Assembly (NCBI RefSeq): GCF_006345805.1
Contig: NW_021833270.1
Location: 19,049 to 83,048, forward strand
DNA length: 64,000 nucleotides
Direction: 5' to 3'
From: Octopus sinensis
Taxonomy: Eukaryota
The number at the start of each line of letters is the position of its first letter. The stretch's first letter is position 1. Both the position numbers and the translations under genes were made by a program. Shown piece after piece: positions 12,656-26,265 of the stretch. The notes beneath the pieces were generated by a model. The model made no database searches. It was not told the DNA's origin and saw only the letters and a program-made list of their open reading frames with translations.

Positions 12656-13129
12656 ATATATATATATATATATATAAGTGGGGTGTGTAGCATGCTTACC
12701 AACCACACGGTACCTGGTGCAGTCCCACTGCAGGCACCTTAGACAAGCGTTTTCTTGTATCGTCCCGGGCCGACTAAATCCTCATGATTCGATTTGGTAT
12801 CGGAAATTGAAAAAAGCCTGTCGTATACAAAACACAGAAGTGAAAGCACACACACACACATTGGCTGACCCACACACTCATACAATTTCATTAGAATGTC
12901 ACGGTTTTAAGGTCAACATATTTAAAGCATAAATACCTACAAGTGTGCATCTTTACATGCATCTTTACATGTATATGTGTGTGTGTTCGGACGTATGTGT
13001 GTTTGTGCGTGTGTGAGCACAGTCCACACATACGCCCCCGTAACTTAACGGTTCGGCAAAAGAGAAAAAGTTAGAATAAGTACTAGGCTTCCAAAGAATA
13101 AGTCCTGGGGTACGTCTGAGGCTTAATGT

Positions 13130-13400
13130 TACTGAGGACTGTTTGCTCATCACTAGAAGCCGAAGTGCCAAACGTCCATGAGAGATCTTTCCTGGGGGTC
13201 TCATTGCAACATTCGATAAGCTGAAAGACTACATCGTTACTTGTGAGATGCATGGCTTGTTTGTAATCTGACCATCTCAGTTCAAATTAAGCCCGATCCT
13301 CACCATTTCCAGCTGCAGAGATGATGGGGCAGCGGGCCTTCTCGTGTGACACTTTCATTGGTGCGGCCAGTTGCTCAGCCGTCCAATGGATAGTGACGTC
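13130..13400 (-). pseudogene. Ty3/gypsy-type gag N-terminal relic
   Basis: One frame with a single stop: ...KARCPIISAAGNGEDRA*FELRWSDYKQAMHLTSNDVVFQLIECCNETPRKDLSW..., matching the ISAAGxxEDWxYFxxRWxDY / QLLECCxExLRKDL gag pattern. Confidence 0.65.
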
Positions 13401-14389
13401 TACAAAGCAAAGCAAGGGTTACAGGAATAAAAAGGATCAATGAATATAATTATAATTGATAGTGGAAAGAGAAATCTCAAATGTGCAAGTGTACAAGAAA
13501 ATTGTTGAACCACATAGATAACAGGACATATCAGAAATATCTTCTTATGCGGCAATGAATATTATTATGTAACTAAACCATTTCATCTTTACAAATATGT
13601 GTAACATGAAATCAAGATGTACTGTGAATGATGGTTAACAATAGAAGAACGAATTATATGATGCTTTCCGTGGTTATATTTCTCCTATTCTAGTAGGGGA
13701 TGAGGCATGATTGGACAAAGCATTAACCTTTGCCCTCATCCCTGCTTTTCAATGCTAAACCCGATATAAAACCGTGATCAACACTCTACCGTTCTCATCA
13801 CCCCAAAGCCTAACTCCTAGTTCAAACTTTGATCTCTTACCTAATTATTCTCTCTAAAAACCGTTCACAAATCCCCAAGCTGACCCTAATATAGACTAAA
13901 CTCAGAACACAAATCATAACAGCAAACCCTCACCAACATAAGAAAAACCACTTACCTTTGGCCATTTGGGATTTATAATACAAGGCATGATATGCAAACA
14001 ACAAGCAAAATATCAACCAACATTTGAAAGTCAAGTTTTATTTGTGTGTCGAATCATGAAATACACTTGTTAAATAAATACAGTTGTCCTTACATTTACA
14101 CAGTACATTGCTTCCACAAGTCATCAAACTAATAATTTTCATGCGAAATGAAATTGATGTTTTTATTTATAATATAAACAAATTAATTATTGAAATTAAT
14201 ATAAGAAATACAATTAACGTGTATGTGTGTCATCATCATTTAACATTCGTTTTTCATGTTGTCATGGGTTGGACTATTTCACATGATCTGAGATGAATTA
14301 CTACACTTACCTCTAATGTCTGTTTTGACATGGTTTCTATGTCTTAGAAAAGTTTTGGTAACTCTGACAGTTTCCAGCGCACAATGCTA

Positions 14390-15150
14390 CAATACAGAAA
14401 TACACCTGACTGAGACACACACTTGTCCCCAGCCATGTGCATCTTTGGCAGCCCAATACAATACTTTATTCTCATCCATCTCAGCAAGTACCAGTCACAT
14501 TCCATATTGCATGAGACTATGACTTCTCGAAAAGAAGACCTGCGTAACCGCCACATGCGTGCTACTGAACGGTTGTCCAAACACACATGCTCACTTCTAC
14601 CACTGACTTTCGGACAATGTCCTAATCCAAAGCCATGTTGGACCCAATCCTACAAATGGGAGAAAAACTGGTACCATCGTAGATGTACACCAGTTCGATC
14701 CGTACATGGTGAGAGTGGATGGCTCAGGCCGAGTCACACTGTGCAACAGAAAATACCTCTGTAAATATCTACTCGTTCTTCCCCGTGCACCACTGCTCAT
14801 GGTGCCTGAACCACGTGCATTCCTCACACCAACACCAATGACAAGACTACCTTTAACATCAGCTCATTCAGCTGCACCACCAATGCCCTCTTCCCGAATC
14901 CAAAATTACCATGACCAGAAACATATCTCACTACCTACACACAGAGCCACGCCAACTAACACCACGTTCCCAAAAATGGTCGTACTCCGACACCCCTTCA
15001 AGACCCTGCCCTCCAAGAGCAACCCTTATCTGATGCAGTTTATCCCCCATCCAGACTCGCAAAGACTGACACAAAAGCCTGACGCACAACTGACACACTG
15101 CACCTTGATCGTCACACCATCAATATTGATTAACTGTCTCTCACACTAAT
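14390..15150 (+). pseudogene. Ty3/gypsy integrase C-terminal relic with Pro-rich tail
   Basis: TPD*DTHLSPAMCIFGSPI...EDLRNRHMRATERLSKHTCSLLPL...[19 protein letters not shown]; frameshifted. Confidence 0.75.
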
Positions 15151-15789
15151 TATCACATTTTCGTTAACCATTTAATTCATATAATCAGTCTTCTTTGCTT
15201 CCCCTCAAATGACTTGGGGAAGGCATAGATGATTACAACGGAACACATATATCATCATTAATTACATTACATTCAATTAGCCATACATTATTCGTTTCAT
15301 TATCCACCATGTTTTCCTTCACGTTTCAGGTATACTAAGGACTTTTTTTTTTCGTTGCTTCAATCTGTGTACATAAAGTGTTTGTGAAAGCAAAGAGCTT
15401 TCACACTTATTTACTGATGAGTTTCTTCTTATATCTAAATCACTACCAGAACTAGAGAACAAATTTCTCATATGGAAGCAAGGTCTAGAATTGAAAGGCC
15501 GTAGAGTTAACCTACCCAAAACCAAAGTCTTAGTAAGTAGGAAAGCAGACAAGTCATAAAGCCCTTCAGGTAGATGGACCTGATTAATCTGTAGGAAACG
15601 GGTTGATAGAAATTCCATAAGATATACTTTGTGTAACACATAATAGGTGTTGAAATATCAGAAGAAGGTAAACTGGGAAAATATTTTTTGTATGTGGAAG
15701 ATGCACATGTACAGTAAACACTAAAAATGTACAGAAAATGGGCTTTATCAAATGCCAGAGGTGGACGATAAAGATCGTTGAGTAACAAA

Positions 15790-16290
15790 GTCAGTAGCAG
15801 AGGTGGATGAACCAAGAGTGTGGCTGCAAGAATAAAAATAGGCTGAGCAAATTCAGAGAGCTCCTTCCTCTGTTTGGTAACTAAGGGTCTCTCCTTCAGA
15901 GTGAAAGGAAGATTTCTGATGCCTGTGTTCAGACAGCTATGCTACATGGCAGTTAAACATGCACTGTGACTGCAGAGTACATGTATAGGCTTGGAGGAAA
16001 TTAAGCTAGCATGCTTCAGTGGATGTGCAATGTCAGTGTGCATGTACAACAAAATCTAAATGTTTTGAGAGAAAAGTTAGGCATAAGGATCATCAGGTAC
16101 AAGAGAGACGACTGAGCTGGTATGGACATGTGATGCATGTAGATGAGGACAGCTATCTGAAGAAGTGCTGATCTCTAACAGTTGAGAGAAGTTGTGGAAT
16201 AAGTAAATATAAGAACACATGGGACGAGGTGGTAAAGCAGAATCTTTGACTGTTGGAAGTCACAGTGACCGATACCTTTGGTGACATGCC
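15790..16290 (+). mobile_element. RTE LINE ORF2 3' relic
   Basis: Decayed KFRELLPL..KGLSFRVKGR..DACVQTAMLHGS...ASMLQWMCNVSV. Confidence 0.7.
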
Positions 16291-16369
16291 ATGATTGAGA
16301 AGTCAATATATTGTAATTAATTTCTCCTCAATTAATTTTTTACAACCTCTGCCCACAACACTCATGAAG

Positions 16370-16520
16370 TGCTTGGTGTTAGGAAGGGCATCGATCCATA
16401 GAAACAATGCCAAATCAGACTGGAGTCTGCTGGAGCCCCTCAGCTTACCAGCCCTGATGAAACTGTCCAACCCATGCCAGCATAGATAATGGACATTAAA
16501 TGATGATGATGATGACGACA
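16370..16520 (+). mobile_element. RTE-tail short interspersed repeat (also about 23870-24020, 26040-26200, 32880-33140, 40130-40320 minus)
   Basis: aggaagggcatccagc...aaactgtccaacccatgccagcat...gacattaaa(tga)n recurs at these sites. Confidence 0.7.
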
Positions 16521-18329
16521 ACAATTCTTTTTGTAAAACTTTCGCCTTTTATGCTGAACATCTAGTTTAAAGTTGATTTTATGCATTGAATTTTCATTTC
16601 CAGAGAAATCAGTTTTAATATTTCAAATTCAAAAATATTGAACGAAATAGTAGCGAAAGGAAAATTTTGGCTTTAATATCAGTTCACTACTGTTTGTTTG
16701 AAGTGACAAGTAGCAATTCTTTCTGTGAACCATTTATTTTACAGCCAAGTATTATGCAAATGGAAACTTTTACATGTCTCGGGAAAGTTATAAATGCAGG
16801 CTATGTGAGACCAACTTAAATAATTAAAACTACACAAATTCATCAAAATTCATTCACAGATTTTATTCTATTAAACTTAAAACGGTGGAGATGCACAATT
16901 TTAGAGTGTTGGGAAAATACCTTCCAATATTTCTACCATCTCTTTATATTCTAGTTTCAAATCCTGTTGAAGCTAACTTTGTTTCTCCACCCTTCTTGGT
17001 TGATAAAAAAAGTGCCAGTCAAGTAATAAGATCAACTTAAGAAATTAACCATTTCCTCTAAAATTTGAGGCATTCCCCTGTTTTACAAACATAACCAATT
17101 AATCAAATATCATAGGAAAAATAAATCTGCATGATAGGAAACAGGATAGCTTTCCTGTCATTCAAATATTTATGAAATTTACAATATACCATAATTTCAG
17201 CAATTCACATAGTCATATTGTAAGAGAGTTCATCATCATTTCACTAAAGATGCATACAGTAATATAGAAACTGATATTGCCAAATCAGCTTTCCATATGA
17301 AAACTTTCATTAATTAAGAAATCTTAACCAAAATCAATATTTTTTATGCTATTTCACCAATGAGCAACTAATAAGGCAGAGTTTAAATCCATGCTTCCTT
17401 CTCCAGTTTATCATAAGCCTCTCAATCCATTCAAGTGTTTATTGAAAGGTCAATAATCACCAGTTTATGTTCAATGATTCCAAACAGAAATTATTTGTGT
17501 GCTTGTATGTGAGTGCCTGAGCAAGCACATGTATATCTCTCTTGAGAACAATAGATTTCGTTGGTGGTACCTGTTATCTCAATTCTAACTTTTGGTGGCT
17601 GAGAAGAAGTCAGGAGTGTCAAGTGACAAAGACATTATTCTGCTTAGCTAAGGCATCTGGTAAATGTAACTGCTGTCACTCATAGAAAAACTATTGTTTT
17701 AGCGTAAGAAAAGTGCTGTTGAACAGTTAAGTGAAATTTGGCGATCAACAATCAAATCCATGCCATGTCTGCATGAAACCACTATATCACCTATGTCTAT
17801 CCCTCTATTCATAATATAACCCAGTGCTACTCAACCATTTCTCACCTATGAACCACCTTAATCCCTGTTTTATTCAGGAGGGCCCTCATAGCCAATCAGT
17901 GTTTTAAAAAATCATTATTATATTTATTAGTAAATGTAAAAAGAGGTGCTGAAATAGTTTGTGTCATAGAAGTATAATCACTTTTATTCACATGACTTTT
18001 AACCCTTTTATACAACCACAAACCTCATTTGAAGACCACTGCTTTAATTCCTCATCACCTGGCACAAATCCATTTCCCTGTGTTCTTGTCTTACAAATTT
18101 CTTTGGAACCTCATTGCTGGTGCCACATGCAAAGCACTCAGTAGGGTACACACTATAAAGTGATTGGAATCAGAAATGGTAGAAACCATGCCAAGGCAGA
18201 CAATAGAGCTTAGCACAGTGTTCTGAATATGCAGCTCCTGTCAAACAGTCTATCCCTTTCCAGCATGGAAGGCAGACGTTAAATGATGATAGTGATACTA
18301 CAGACCATACTCAGAGATATGGTGGTTTT

Positions 18330-18870
18330 TGAGGAAGCTAAATATAGACAAATAGCTTGTGAAATCTGCACAGGCTATATACAAGGGTACAATCAGTAAC
18401 AAGACATTTCACCATGAGTACAATGACAAATTTAGTGTACAGGTAGGTATTCATCAGGGCTCGGCTCTCAGTCTCATCTCATTCATCATCATTCTGCAGG
18501 CCATAACAGAGGACTTCAAAACTGCCTGCCCTAAGAACTACTATATGCTGATGGTCTCACTCCAATAGTGGAATCTGTAATACAGTGCAAAAGAAATTCC
18601 AGGTGTGGAAGCAAAACATAAAATGAAAGAACCTTCAATTTGACTTAGCAATGACCAAGGTAAAACACTATGTGCAATCACTGTAGACAAGAATTCCTTA
18701 AGGTGTACCCAGTAGAGGCTATGGACACACAAGACATGCAGGGCAATCACAAGGAAGTTAACAAGACAGCTTCCTTTTCTCGATGGATATCAATATGTCC
18801 CTGATATAATCGAGTTTTGAAGATGGAGTGCAATTGAAAGGATGACAGAACTACAAAAAAGATTCTAATT
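18330..18870 (+). mobile_element. RTE LINE RT relic
   Basis: FSVQVGIHQGSALSLISFIIILQAITEDFKTACP corresponds to RTE RT domain 4. Confidence 0.65.
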
Positions 18871-18896
18871 GACATTAAAAGAAGAATTCTCAAAAT

Positions 18897-19283
18897 TGTG
18901 GTGTGGTAAGTAGCTTGCTTACCAACCACATGGTTCCGGGTTCAGTCCCACTGCGAGGCACCTTGGGCAAGTGTCTTCTACTATAGCCTCAGGCCGACCA
19001 AAGCCTTGTGAGTGGATTTGGTAGACGGAAACTGAAAGAAGCCCGTCGTATGTGCGTGTGTGTGTTTGTGTGCCTGTGTTTGTGTGTCTGTGTTTGTCCC
19101 CTTAGCATTGCTTGACAATCGATGCTGGTGTATTTATGTCCCCGTTACTTAGCGGTTCAGCAAAAGAGACCGATAGAATAAGTACCGGGCTTACAAAAGA
19201 ATAAGTCCCAGGGTCAAGTTGCTCAATTAAAGGCGGCGCTCCAGCATGGCCGCAGTCAAATGACTGAAACAAGTAAAAGAGTA
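18897..19283 (+). mobile_element. Main SINE, near full-length
   Basis: Head, core and tail (ggcggcgctccagcatggccgcagtcaaatgactgaaacaagtaaaagagta) present. Confidence 0.9.
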
Positions 19284-19790
19284 TTACAGAATCAAAAGTT
19301 GCCACCTTTAGAATATTTTTATTACTGTACAGATAGACAGTAAGAAAACAGCTCAGTTTGCTATTTCGTTCCAAAGAGCAGTACAGGTGAGAAACATAAA
19401 ATGGACAAGGTGGGTGATGAGTAAGCAGAAATAATACAATGAACAATAGAAGAATCAATCAAAATATTTGTGTACAAAATAACAAACAGGAATGAGAAAC
19501 AATAAGAACAATACATAAAGAAGAGTAAGAGAGAAATGGAAAGAAGGAGAATTTCCACTCACAGTTCTGTGCCATCTGTCAGTCTATCTATCTGGAAATC
19601 ATTCTATTTCCAGTTCTAAATATTTGGTAGTACCTATATCTACTGTTCCCTTTATCTCTATTCCTATCCTCCTGGCACTATCTATTTATCTATCTAATCA
19701 TTTGCCTGTTTTCCTATCTGCTCCTCTCTATATATCTCTGTATGTCTCTCTCTTTGGTCATCTATCTATCTATCTGTTCATCTATATATT

Positions 19791-20198
19791 ACTTACTTTT
19801 ACTTTTACTTGTTTCAGTCATTTGACTGCGGCCATGCTGGAGCACCGCCTTTAGTCGAGCAACTCGACCCCGGGACTTATTCTTTGTAAGCCCAGTACTT
19901 ATTTTATCAGTCTCTTTTGCCGAACCGCTAAATGACGGGGACATAAACACACCAGCATCGGTTGTCAAGCAATGCTAGGAGGACAAACACAGACACACAA
20001 ACACACATGCACACATATATATATATATATATATACGACGGGCTTCTTTCAGTTTCCGTCTACCAAATCCACTCACAAGGCTTTGGTCAGCCCAAGGCTA
20101 TAGAAGAAGACACTTGGCCAAGGTGCCAGGCAGTGGGACTGAACCCAGAACCATGTGGTTGGTAAGCAAGCTACTTACCACACAGCCACTCCTGCGCC
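19791..20198 (-). mobile_element. Main SINE, full-length
   Basis: Complete head GGCGCAGGAGTGGCTGTGTGGTAAG through (GTAAAA)n tail. Confidence 0.92.
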
Positions 20199-20616
20199 TA
20201 TATCTTGCTATTAATCGACCTATCTACTCATACATATATTGATCATTCTCTATCTATCTACCTTTTTTTCTGTCTATCTATTTATCAGTCAATCAATCTA
20301 ATTATTTGTCCATCTAACTGTTGAGCTATCGGGTTATCATGCTGTTTCTTTATCTGGGTATTTCGGAATTCCTGTCCTCATCTCTATCCCTAATCATCTG
20401 CCTATGCATTTATCTTTTTTACGTTTGTCTGCCTATCTCTTAAAAGAGTCTGTCTGTCTTCTATCTCTGTTTCCCTTCATCTCTATCTGTCTGTCTGTCT
20501 ATCATTCTACCTACCTTTCTTTCCATTTATCTGTCTGTTTTTCTGGTTCACTGTCTATCACTATATTAATCAATCTGTCTCATAAACCATCTATTTGGTA
20601 ATTGTTATATAGGAGT

Positions 20617-21013
20617 GGCGCAGGAGTGGCTGTGTGGTAAGTAGCTTGCTAACCAACCACATGGTTCTGGGTTCAGTTCCACTGCGTGGCATCTTGGGCA
20701 AGTGTCTTCTGCTATAGCCCCGGGCCGACCAATGCCTTGTGAGTGGATTTGGTAGACGGAAACTGAAAGAAGCCTGTCGTATATATGTATATGTATATAT
20801 AAGTGTGTGTGTCTGTGTTTGTCCCCCTAGCATCGCTTGACAACCGATGCTGGTGTGTTTACGTCCCCGTAACTTAGCGGTTCAGCAAAAGAGACCGATA
20901 GAATAAGTACTGGGCTTCCAATGAATAAGTCCTGGGGTCGATTTGCTTGACTAAAGGCAGTGCTCCAGCATGGCCGCAGTCAAATAACTGAAACAAGTAA
21001 AAGAGTAAAGAGT
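20617..21013 (+). mobile_element. Main SINE, full-length (inverted relative to 19791-20198)
   Basis: Complete head, core and tail. Confidence 0.92.
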
Positions 21014-21162
21014 ATATCATTATGCATAATCTCAAATACATATCCATCTATGTATTTCTCTATCTATCTATCTCTTTGTCTCTCTCTCCCTTTCTATGTG
21101 TTTCTCTGAATTTCTATCTCCCCATAGTCTTGCTAGCAATGTGTATGTCTGTCTATCTATCT

Positions 21163-21378
21163 CGAGCTGGCAGAAACGTTAGCACGCCGGGCGAAATGCG
21201 TAGCCGTATTTCGTCTGCCATTACGTTCTGAGTTCAAATTCTGCCGAAGTCGACTTTGCCTTTCATCCTTTCGGGGTCGATAAATTAAGTACCAGTTTCG
21301 CAGTGGGGTCGATGTCATTGACTTAATCCCTTTGTCTGTCCCCTCTATGTTTAGGCCCTTGTGGGCAGTAGAAAATAT
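21163..21378 (+). mobile_element. Second SINE family (tRNA-like head; central ttgcctttcatcctttcggggtcgataaa domain)
   Basis: gagctggcagaaacgttagc...gagttcaaat (B-box-like) followed by a central domain resembling Meta/Nin-type SINE domains. Domain name is from memory. Confidence 0.65.
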
Positions 21379-21900
21379 ATCTCTTTGTCCTTCTAACTAC
21401 CTACATCCTTACTTATTTGTTAACCATTTCATCTTCTCTCTCCTCATCTATCTATCTATCTATTTGCCTGTCTATCTACCTGTTTCACTATCTTTCTATC
21501 TATTACCCCTCATACCCTTCCCCTTCATTTTTCACTTTTTCCAGAAATATATATTTTTTTTTTTCAAAACATAGAAAAATACGAAGATTACAATTCTGAA
21601 AAAATTAAATCTAAATTTGTGCCTGTTTTATTTCATATTCTTAATCTCCGTATTTTCCAACGTAAATTGATGGAAAAAAAGGAATTGGAAAAAGTTTTTA
21701 AAAGAGGACCCACTTTAATTTCACATGAATTACTTTGTCATATTACTTACGAGAAATGATTCTGAGAGAAACCTTTGCAGAAAGGTGAGTGGATTACTTA
21801 CATTATGTTAATGCAGTTTTGTGAGATTTGGCTGATATTTCTAGCATGTTAACAGCCTGCTTCTAGGTATGAGAGTATGAATCTCTCTCTCTCTCTCTCT

Positions 21901-22245
21901 TCACTTGTTTCAGTCATTTGACTGCAGCCATGCTGGAGCACCGCCTTTAGTCAAGCAAATCGACCCCAGGACTTATTCTTTGTAAGCCTAGTACTTATTC
22001 TATCAGTCTCTTTTGCCGAACCGCTAAGTTCCAGGGATGTAAACACACCAGCATCAGTTGTCAAGCGATGTTGGGGGGAAAAACACAGGCACACACATAC
22101 ATATATAAATACATATATACGACGGGCTTCTTTCAGTTTCCGTCTACCAAATCCACTCGCAAGGCTTTGGTTGGCACGAGGCTATAGTAGAAGATACTTG
22201 CCCAAGATGCCACACAGTGGGACTGTACTCAGAACCATGTGGTTC
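21901..22245 (-). mobile_element. Main SINE lacking its extreme 5' end
   Basis: Tail and core match the other copies. Confidence 0.88.
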
Positions 22246-22261
22246 TTGTTGACAAACAACA

Positions 22262-22945
22262 ACAGTAATTGTATTCACCTCAATAGACATCACTGATTGG
22301 TTGAAATTTCCAAAATACGAAAAATTTAACAACAAATAGCTTACAACTACAGAATTTTCTCAAGAACGCCAAGAGAAAGTGATGTTTTATGTGACACATT
22401 CTACCAGTATACGAAGTTTAAAAGTGTTTAGTTACAAAGAAATTATTTTTTAAATCTGCCGGTCAAAGTGAAAAGATCCGACGATCATCTTCACAAATGT
22501 AAATAACACAGGTGGTTTGTAGTGTTCTTGTAACGAAAGATCACCAAGATCCCATTTTTTTTTCAGAATCATAATCTTCGTATTTTTGTACGTATTTCGC
22601 AAAAAAAAAAAAATAATAAAGTGGGGAAGGATTCCGTTTACATCTCCGCCATGTGAGCCTATTTTTGGAAAGACTTCCGTCCACCCCACCCCCAATATTT
22701 CAGATTTTTTTTTTTTTTGCCAACCCTCACATAATCTTTTTCCATTATTTTTTCGCGAATATTGTGTGGTAGGGAAAGTTGGGGATCTTTTCGGTTTGAA
22801 CGGCAGTTTTTTTAAATAATTTCCACATAACTAAAAAATTTTAAACTTCGTATACTGGTAGAATATTTTTAGAAACATCTTTTTCTCTTGGCTTTATTGA
22901 GAAAATTCTATAGTTTGTAAGACATTTGTTGTTTTTTTTCTTCAA
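22262..22945. mobile_element. Scrambled GGATC-MITE remnants (diverged end 22262-22479; opposite-facing end 22783-22945)
   Basis: ...aaaagatcc at 22479 and ggatcttttcggtttgaacggcag at 22783; an internal MITE piece (cttcacaaatgtaaataa) lies between them. Confidence 0.75.
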
Positions 22946-23399
22946 AAAAGTCTTTATTAGTAAACTTTTTTCTTGCATATAGGTCTTGTAAGCTGATAAA
23001 CTCTCCCCACTCCTGAATTAAATGTAAAAACTGTCAATTAAGTGAAATGAATACATGTAAAGTGGGAAAAAAATCTGTAAACACTTTTTAATATATGCAA
23101 ACATAATGATTTATTTCTAGGGTGCATGACCATATTAGTGGGTCCACATCTCTAATATCTGACCAGTAGAGGAATGTATGCAGTGGCTTAGTTTTTTGCT
23201 GTACATTCTAGGTGACACTTCCTCAAGGTGTCAAGTAGTGGGACGAAACCTGAAACCACATGGTGGGGAGGCACACTTCATAACTACACGACCATAAACA
23301 GAAGATGGCTGACGACCAAGTTTTGATGGGTCCCAACTTGCACACTTAAAGTATTATTGTTGTACTCCTTGTTAACTCTCACTTGGCTGACTACACCTC

Positions 23400-23700
23400 T
23401 GTACATAGCCTGTACAGCTGCACAAGCCATTCTTCTACTCTTCATTTCCTTAAGAACCACCTGATGACCAAACTATCAAAGTTCTTCTCCAGCTCTATGA
23501 ATGTTACGTATACAGGCTTACTACTAAGCTCTTCTTTTGCTGTAATCTCATTAGGAAGATGATATTAATTGTACCTGTTCCTGGTATAAAGCCCAATCAC
23601 ATCTCATTTAGACTTGTTCCTAATTAATCTTGTAATATTAACTCAATAACTCTCGCTACCTGGTCTGACAATTTGATTCTCTGTAATATCCTCTGCTGTG
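23400..23700 (-). mobile_element. RTE RT relic
   Basis: Decayed IKLSDQVARVIE...NEM*LGFIPGTGTINIIFLMRLQQK. Confidence 0.6.
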
Positions 23701-24087
23701 TATCTGCTTTACCTTTTTAACAGTTTACAATCCTCTGTTGGATGTGCAATGGCAGAGTACAAGTGTATTGAGAGAAAAGTTTGGTATAAGAGGAATGAAA
23801 TGTAGTGTGCAAGAGAGAAGACCACTGGTCTGGCCATGTGATGCACGTAAAAGCAGCCATTACACTCTTGGAGTGGTTGGCATTAGGAAGGGCATCCAGC
23901 CATAGAAACCATGCTAAATCAGAATGGAGTCTGGTGCAGTCTTCCAGCTTGCCAGCCCTGGTTAAACTGTCCAACCCATGCCAGCATGGACAATGAATCT
24001 TAGATGTTGATGATGATGTTGAAATCTTCTTTGGCTATAGGAACTCGGTCACCAGTGTAGCGGGTATGATGCTTGGCCACTACTTCT

Positions 24088-24312
24088 GGTCTGATCTGAG
24101 GGTAGCCCTTAAAAGGACGGTTATCGCAATTAGATCCGATCCAAGAATAATCCTAAAAAGGACTGTTATCGTAATTAGATCGGGTCTGAGAGTAGTCCTA
24201 AAAAGGACTGTTATTGTAATTAGGTCGGATCTGAGAGTAGTCCTAAAAAGGACTGTTATCGCATTCAGATCAGACTTGAATTAGCCCTGAAAAGGACTGT
24301 GGTCGTAATCAG
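24088..24312. repeat. 45-bp minisatellite, about 5 copies
   Basis: Unit gatctgagagtagtcctaaaaaggactgttatcgtaattagatcg; the 15-aa period is visible in ORF 24066..24284. Confidence 0.9.
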
Positions 24313-24559
24313 CAAAACTGGTCAGACGAAAGCAGTAGTTGAAATGACGAGCAGACAAGAGGTGTAAGTTTATACAGCAATTTATTTCAGGCATGAAATA
24401 GCAGTACAAAGGTTCGAGGCGGCGTGAGTGGCGAGTGTGGCAGGCGAGAGGGACACGATTTACATCGGTCGAGTGCCAAAAAGCCAACTGCCTTTACAGC
24501 GATTTATGATGTCTATTTATACAAAAATATCAGCAGTGATGTTTAGCCAGTGTCCAATA

Positions 24560-25050
24560 GAATGGCAGGTAGGTAGCTTTTGTCCAATGTAAGGTCAGGC
24601 AAGTCACTGGGGGTAGTTGCTTTGTTTTCTCTGGTGATGGCAGATGTATTTCCGGCGTCCATGCAAGTTACTTCCGGTGACTGTACACCAGCATAGTGGA
24701 GTTGCCATTGGCAGCCAACCTTAAACTCTTCTGTTATAACCTGAAAGACTATGGTGAATAGGAGTGGTGTTAGGAGAATGAGTTGTAGGGAAGAGGTATG
24801 TTGGGGACAGATTAGGTGCAGGGACAAATTATATGAAATGGACAGGTGTTCTCAAGAACAGCAAATCACCTGTCATCTTGGTGCTTTTGTCATCCACCCC
24901 CGTGACACTCAACTCAGAGAAGATGACTACTTCACTTCTTCGTTCCACAGCTCTTTCTGCATTTAATTGCTGGCACTTCGTTATGCAACTGTCATATCCA
25001 CTGCACATCACATGATCACACCAGTGCAGTTTTCTCTCTTGTACACACAC
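24560..25050 (-). mobile_element. RTE relic (RT and 3' parts, deleted)
   Basis: LTPLLFTIVFQVITEEFKVGCQWQLHYA; also LHWCDHVMCS..DSCITKC. Confidence 0.6.
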
Positions 25051-26265
25051 AGGGCAAACGTTTTCAGGTTTTTTCATGTTTGTTTCTTTGTGTCTGTGTT
25101 TGTCTCCAACCACCAATTGACAACCAGTGTTGGTGTGTTTATGTCCCCATAACTTAACGGTTCAGCAAAACAGACCAACTGAATAAGTACTAGGCTTTTG
25201 ACTAAAACCTTTCGAGGTGATACCCCAGCATAACTGCAGTCAAATGACTGAAAAAGATAAAAGGCTTTGCTTACAAGGACCATAGTAGAAGGCACTTGCA
25301 GAAGGTGCCATGCAGTGGGACTGAACCTGAAACTACTTGCCTTGCAGTATTTTGTTACATAACCTTATGTTTAAAGTTCAAATCCTGTAGAGATTAATAA
25401 AATCCAGTCCCAAAACAAGGTTAACTGAAGCTGCTCTACCCACCCCCACTCCCTTCTATGTTGCTAGTTATGTCTCATTTCATTCTGAAATCAAATGTTT
25501 TTGTAACAATCTATAAAACTTATTATTAGCGTAGTTAATGAATACTAGGTCTTTGGATATGTAGTGGAATTTTGTCACGCCACTTCCTAATGATATTGAT
25601 TTCTTTTTTACATAGGCACAATTTATCAGAAATTTGTAAGAAGGGGTTAGTAGTGCATTTTATCAACTCCAGAAGAATGAAAAACAAAGTTGACCTAAGA
25701 CACGCAGACAGACCACACACACACATTGATTGTCCTCACTGCTAACATTAACACTCCTTTTCTAAAACCATAGAAAAGAAGAAAAATATTTTGTGTGGCA
25801 CTAAATTCTGCCAATCCTTTACTTAATGAGGATTTCTGAAGCACATCAAAGCAAGAAATTTAATGTTTACAGAGTTACAAGTGATATTCAGTCATCAAAT
25901 TGTGTAATCAAACAGAAAAAAGAGAAGGCAGATTGCTAAGAAAGCCATGTCTTCTCTTAGAAGCTTCACCAGACATTTACTTAATCTTATGGGTCCATTT
26001 TTTACTGTTTTTTTTTGTATACATAACTTGCTGGAACCTTGTAAAAAGCACCCAGTACACTCTGTAAAGTGGTTGGTTTTAGGAAGGGCATCCAGCCATA
26101 GAAGCTATGCCTAAACAGATATGGAGCCTAGTACAGCTCTCTTGGTTACCAGCTCCTATCAAACCATCCGACCCATTCCAGCATAGAAAACAGATGATAA
26201 ATGGCGATTGTGAGGAACTTGTTTGTAACTCTTATTTTCTTTTTTCATTGAATTCAATAACTATA

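Noticed and set aside
13304-13399. Apparent 96-nt host exon on the minus strand with AG/GT boundaries
   Set aside because: The frame continues past the putative donor through one stop into recognisable gag motifs, so it is a retroelement relic.
15414-15460. CTGATGA as another hammerhead
   Set aside because: No stem II, GAAA or stem I partner downstream. The CTGATGA at about 16454 is likewise part of an RTE-tail repeat.
19791-21013. Large inverted repeat as a novel element
   Set aside because: Simply two independent SINE copies in opposite orientation about 420 bp apart.
24088-24312. CRISPR-like regular repeats
   Set aside because: Contiguous tandem units with no unique spacers, no cas genes, eukaryotic context.
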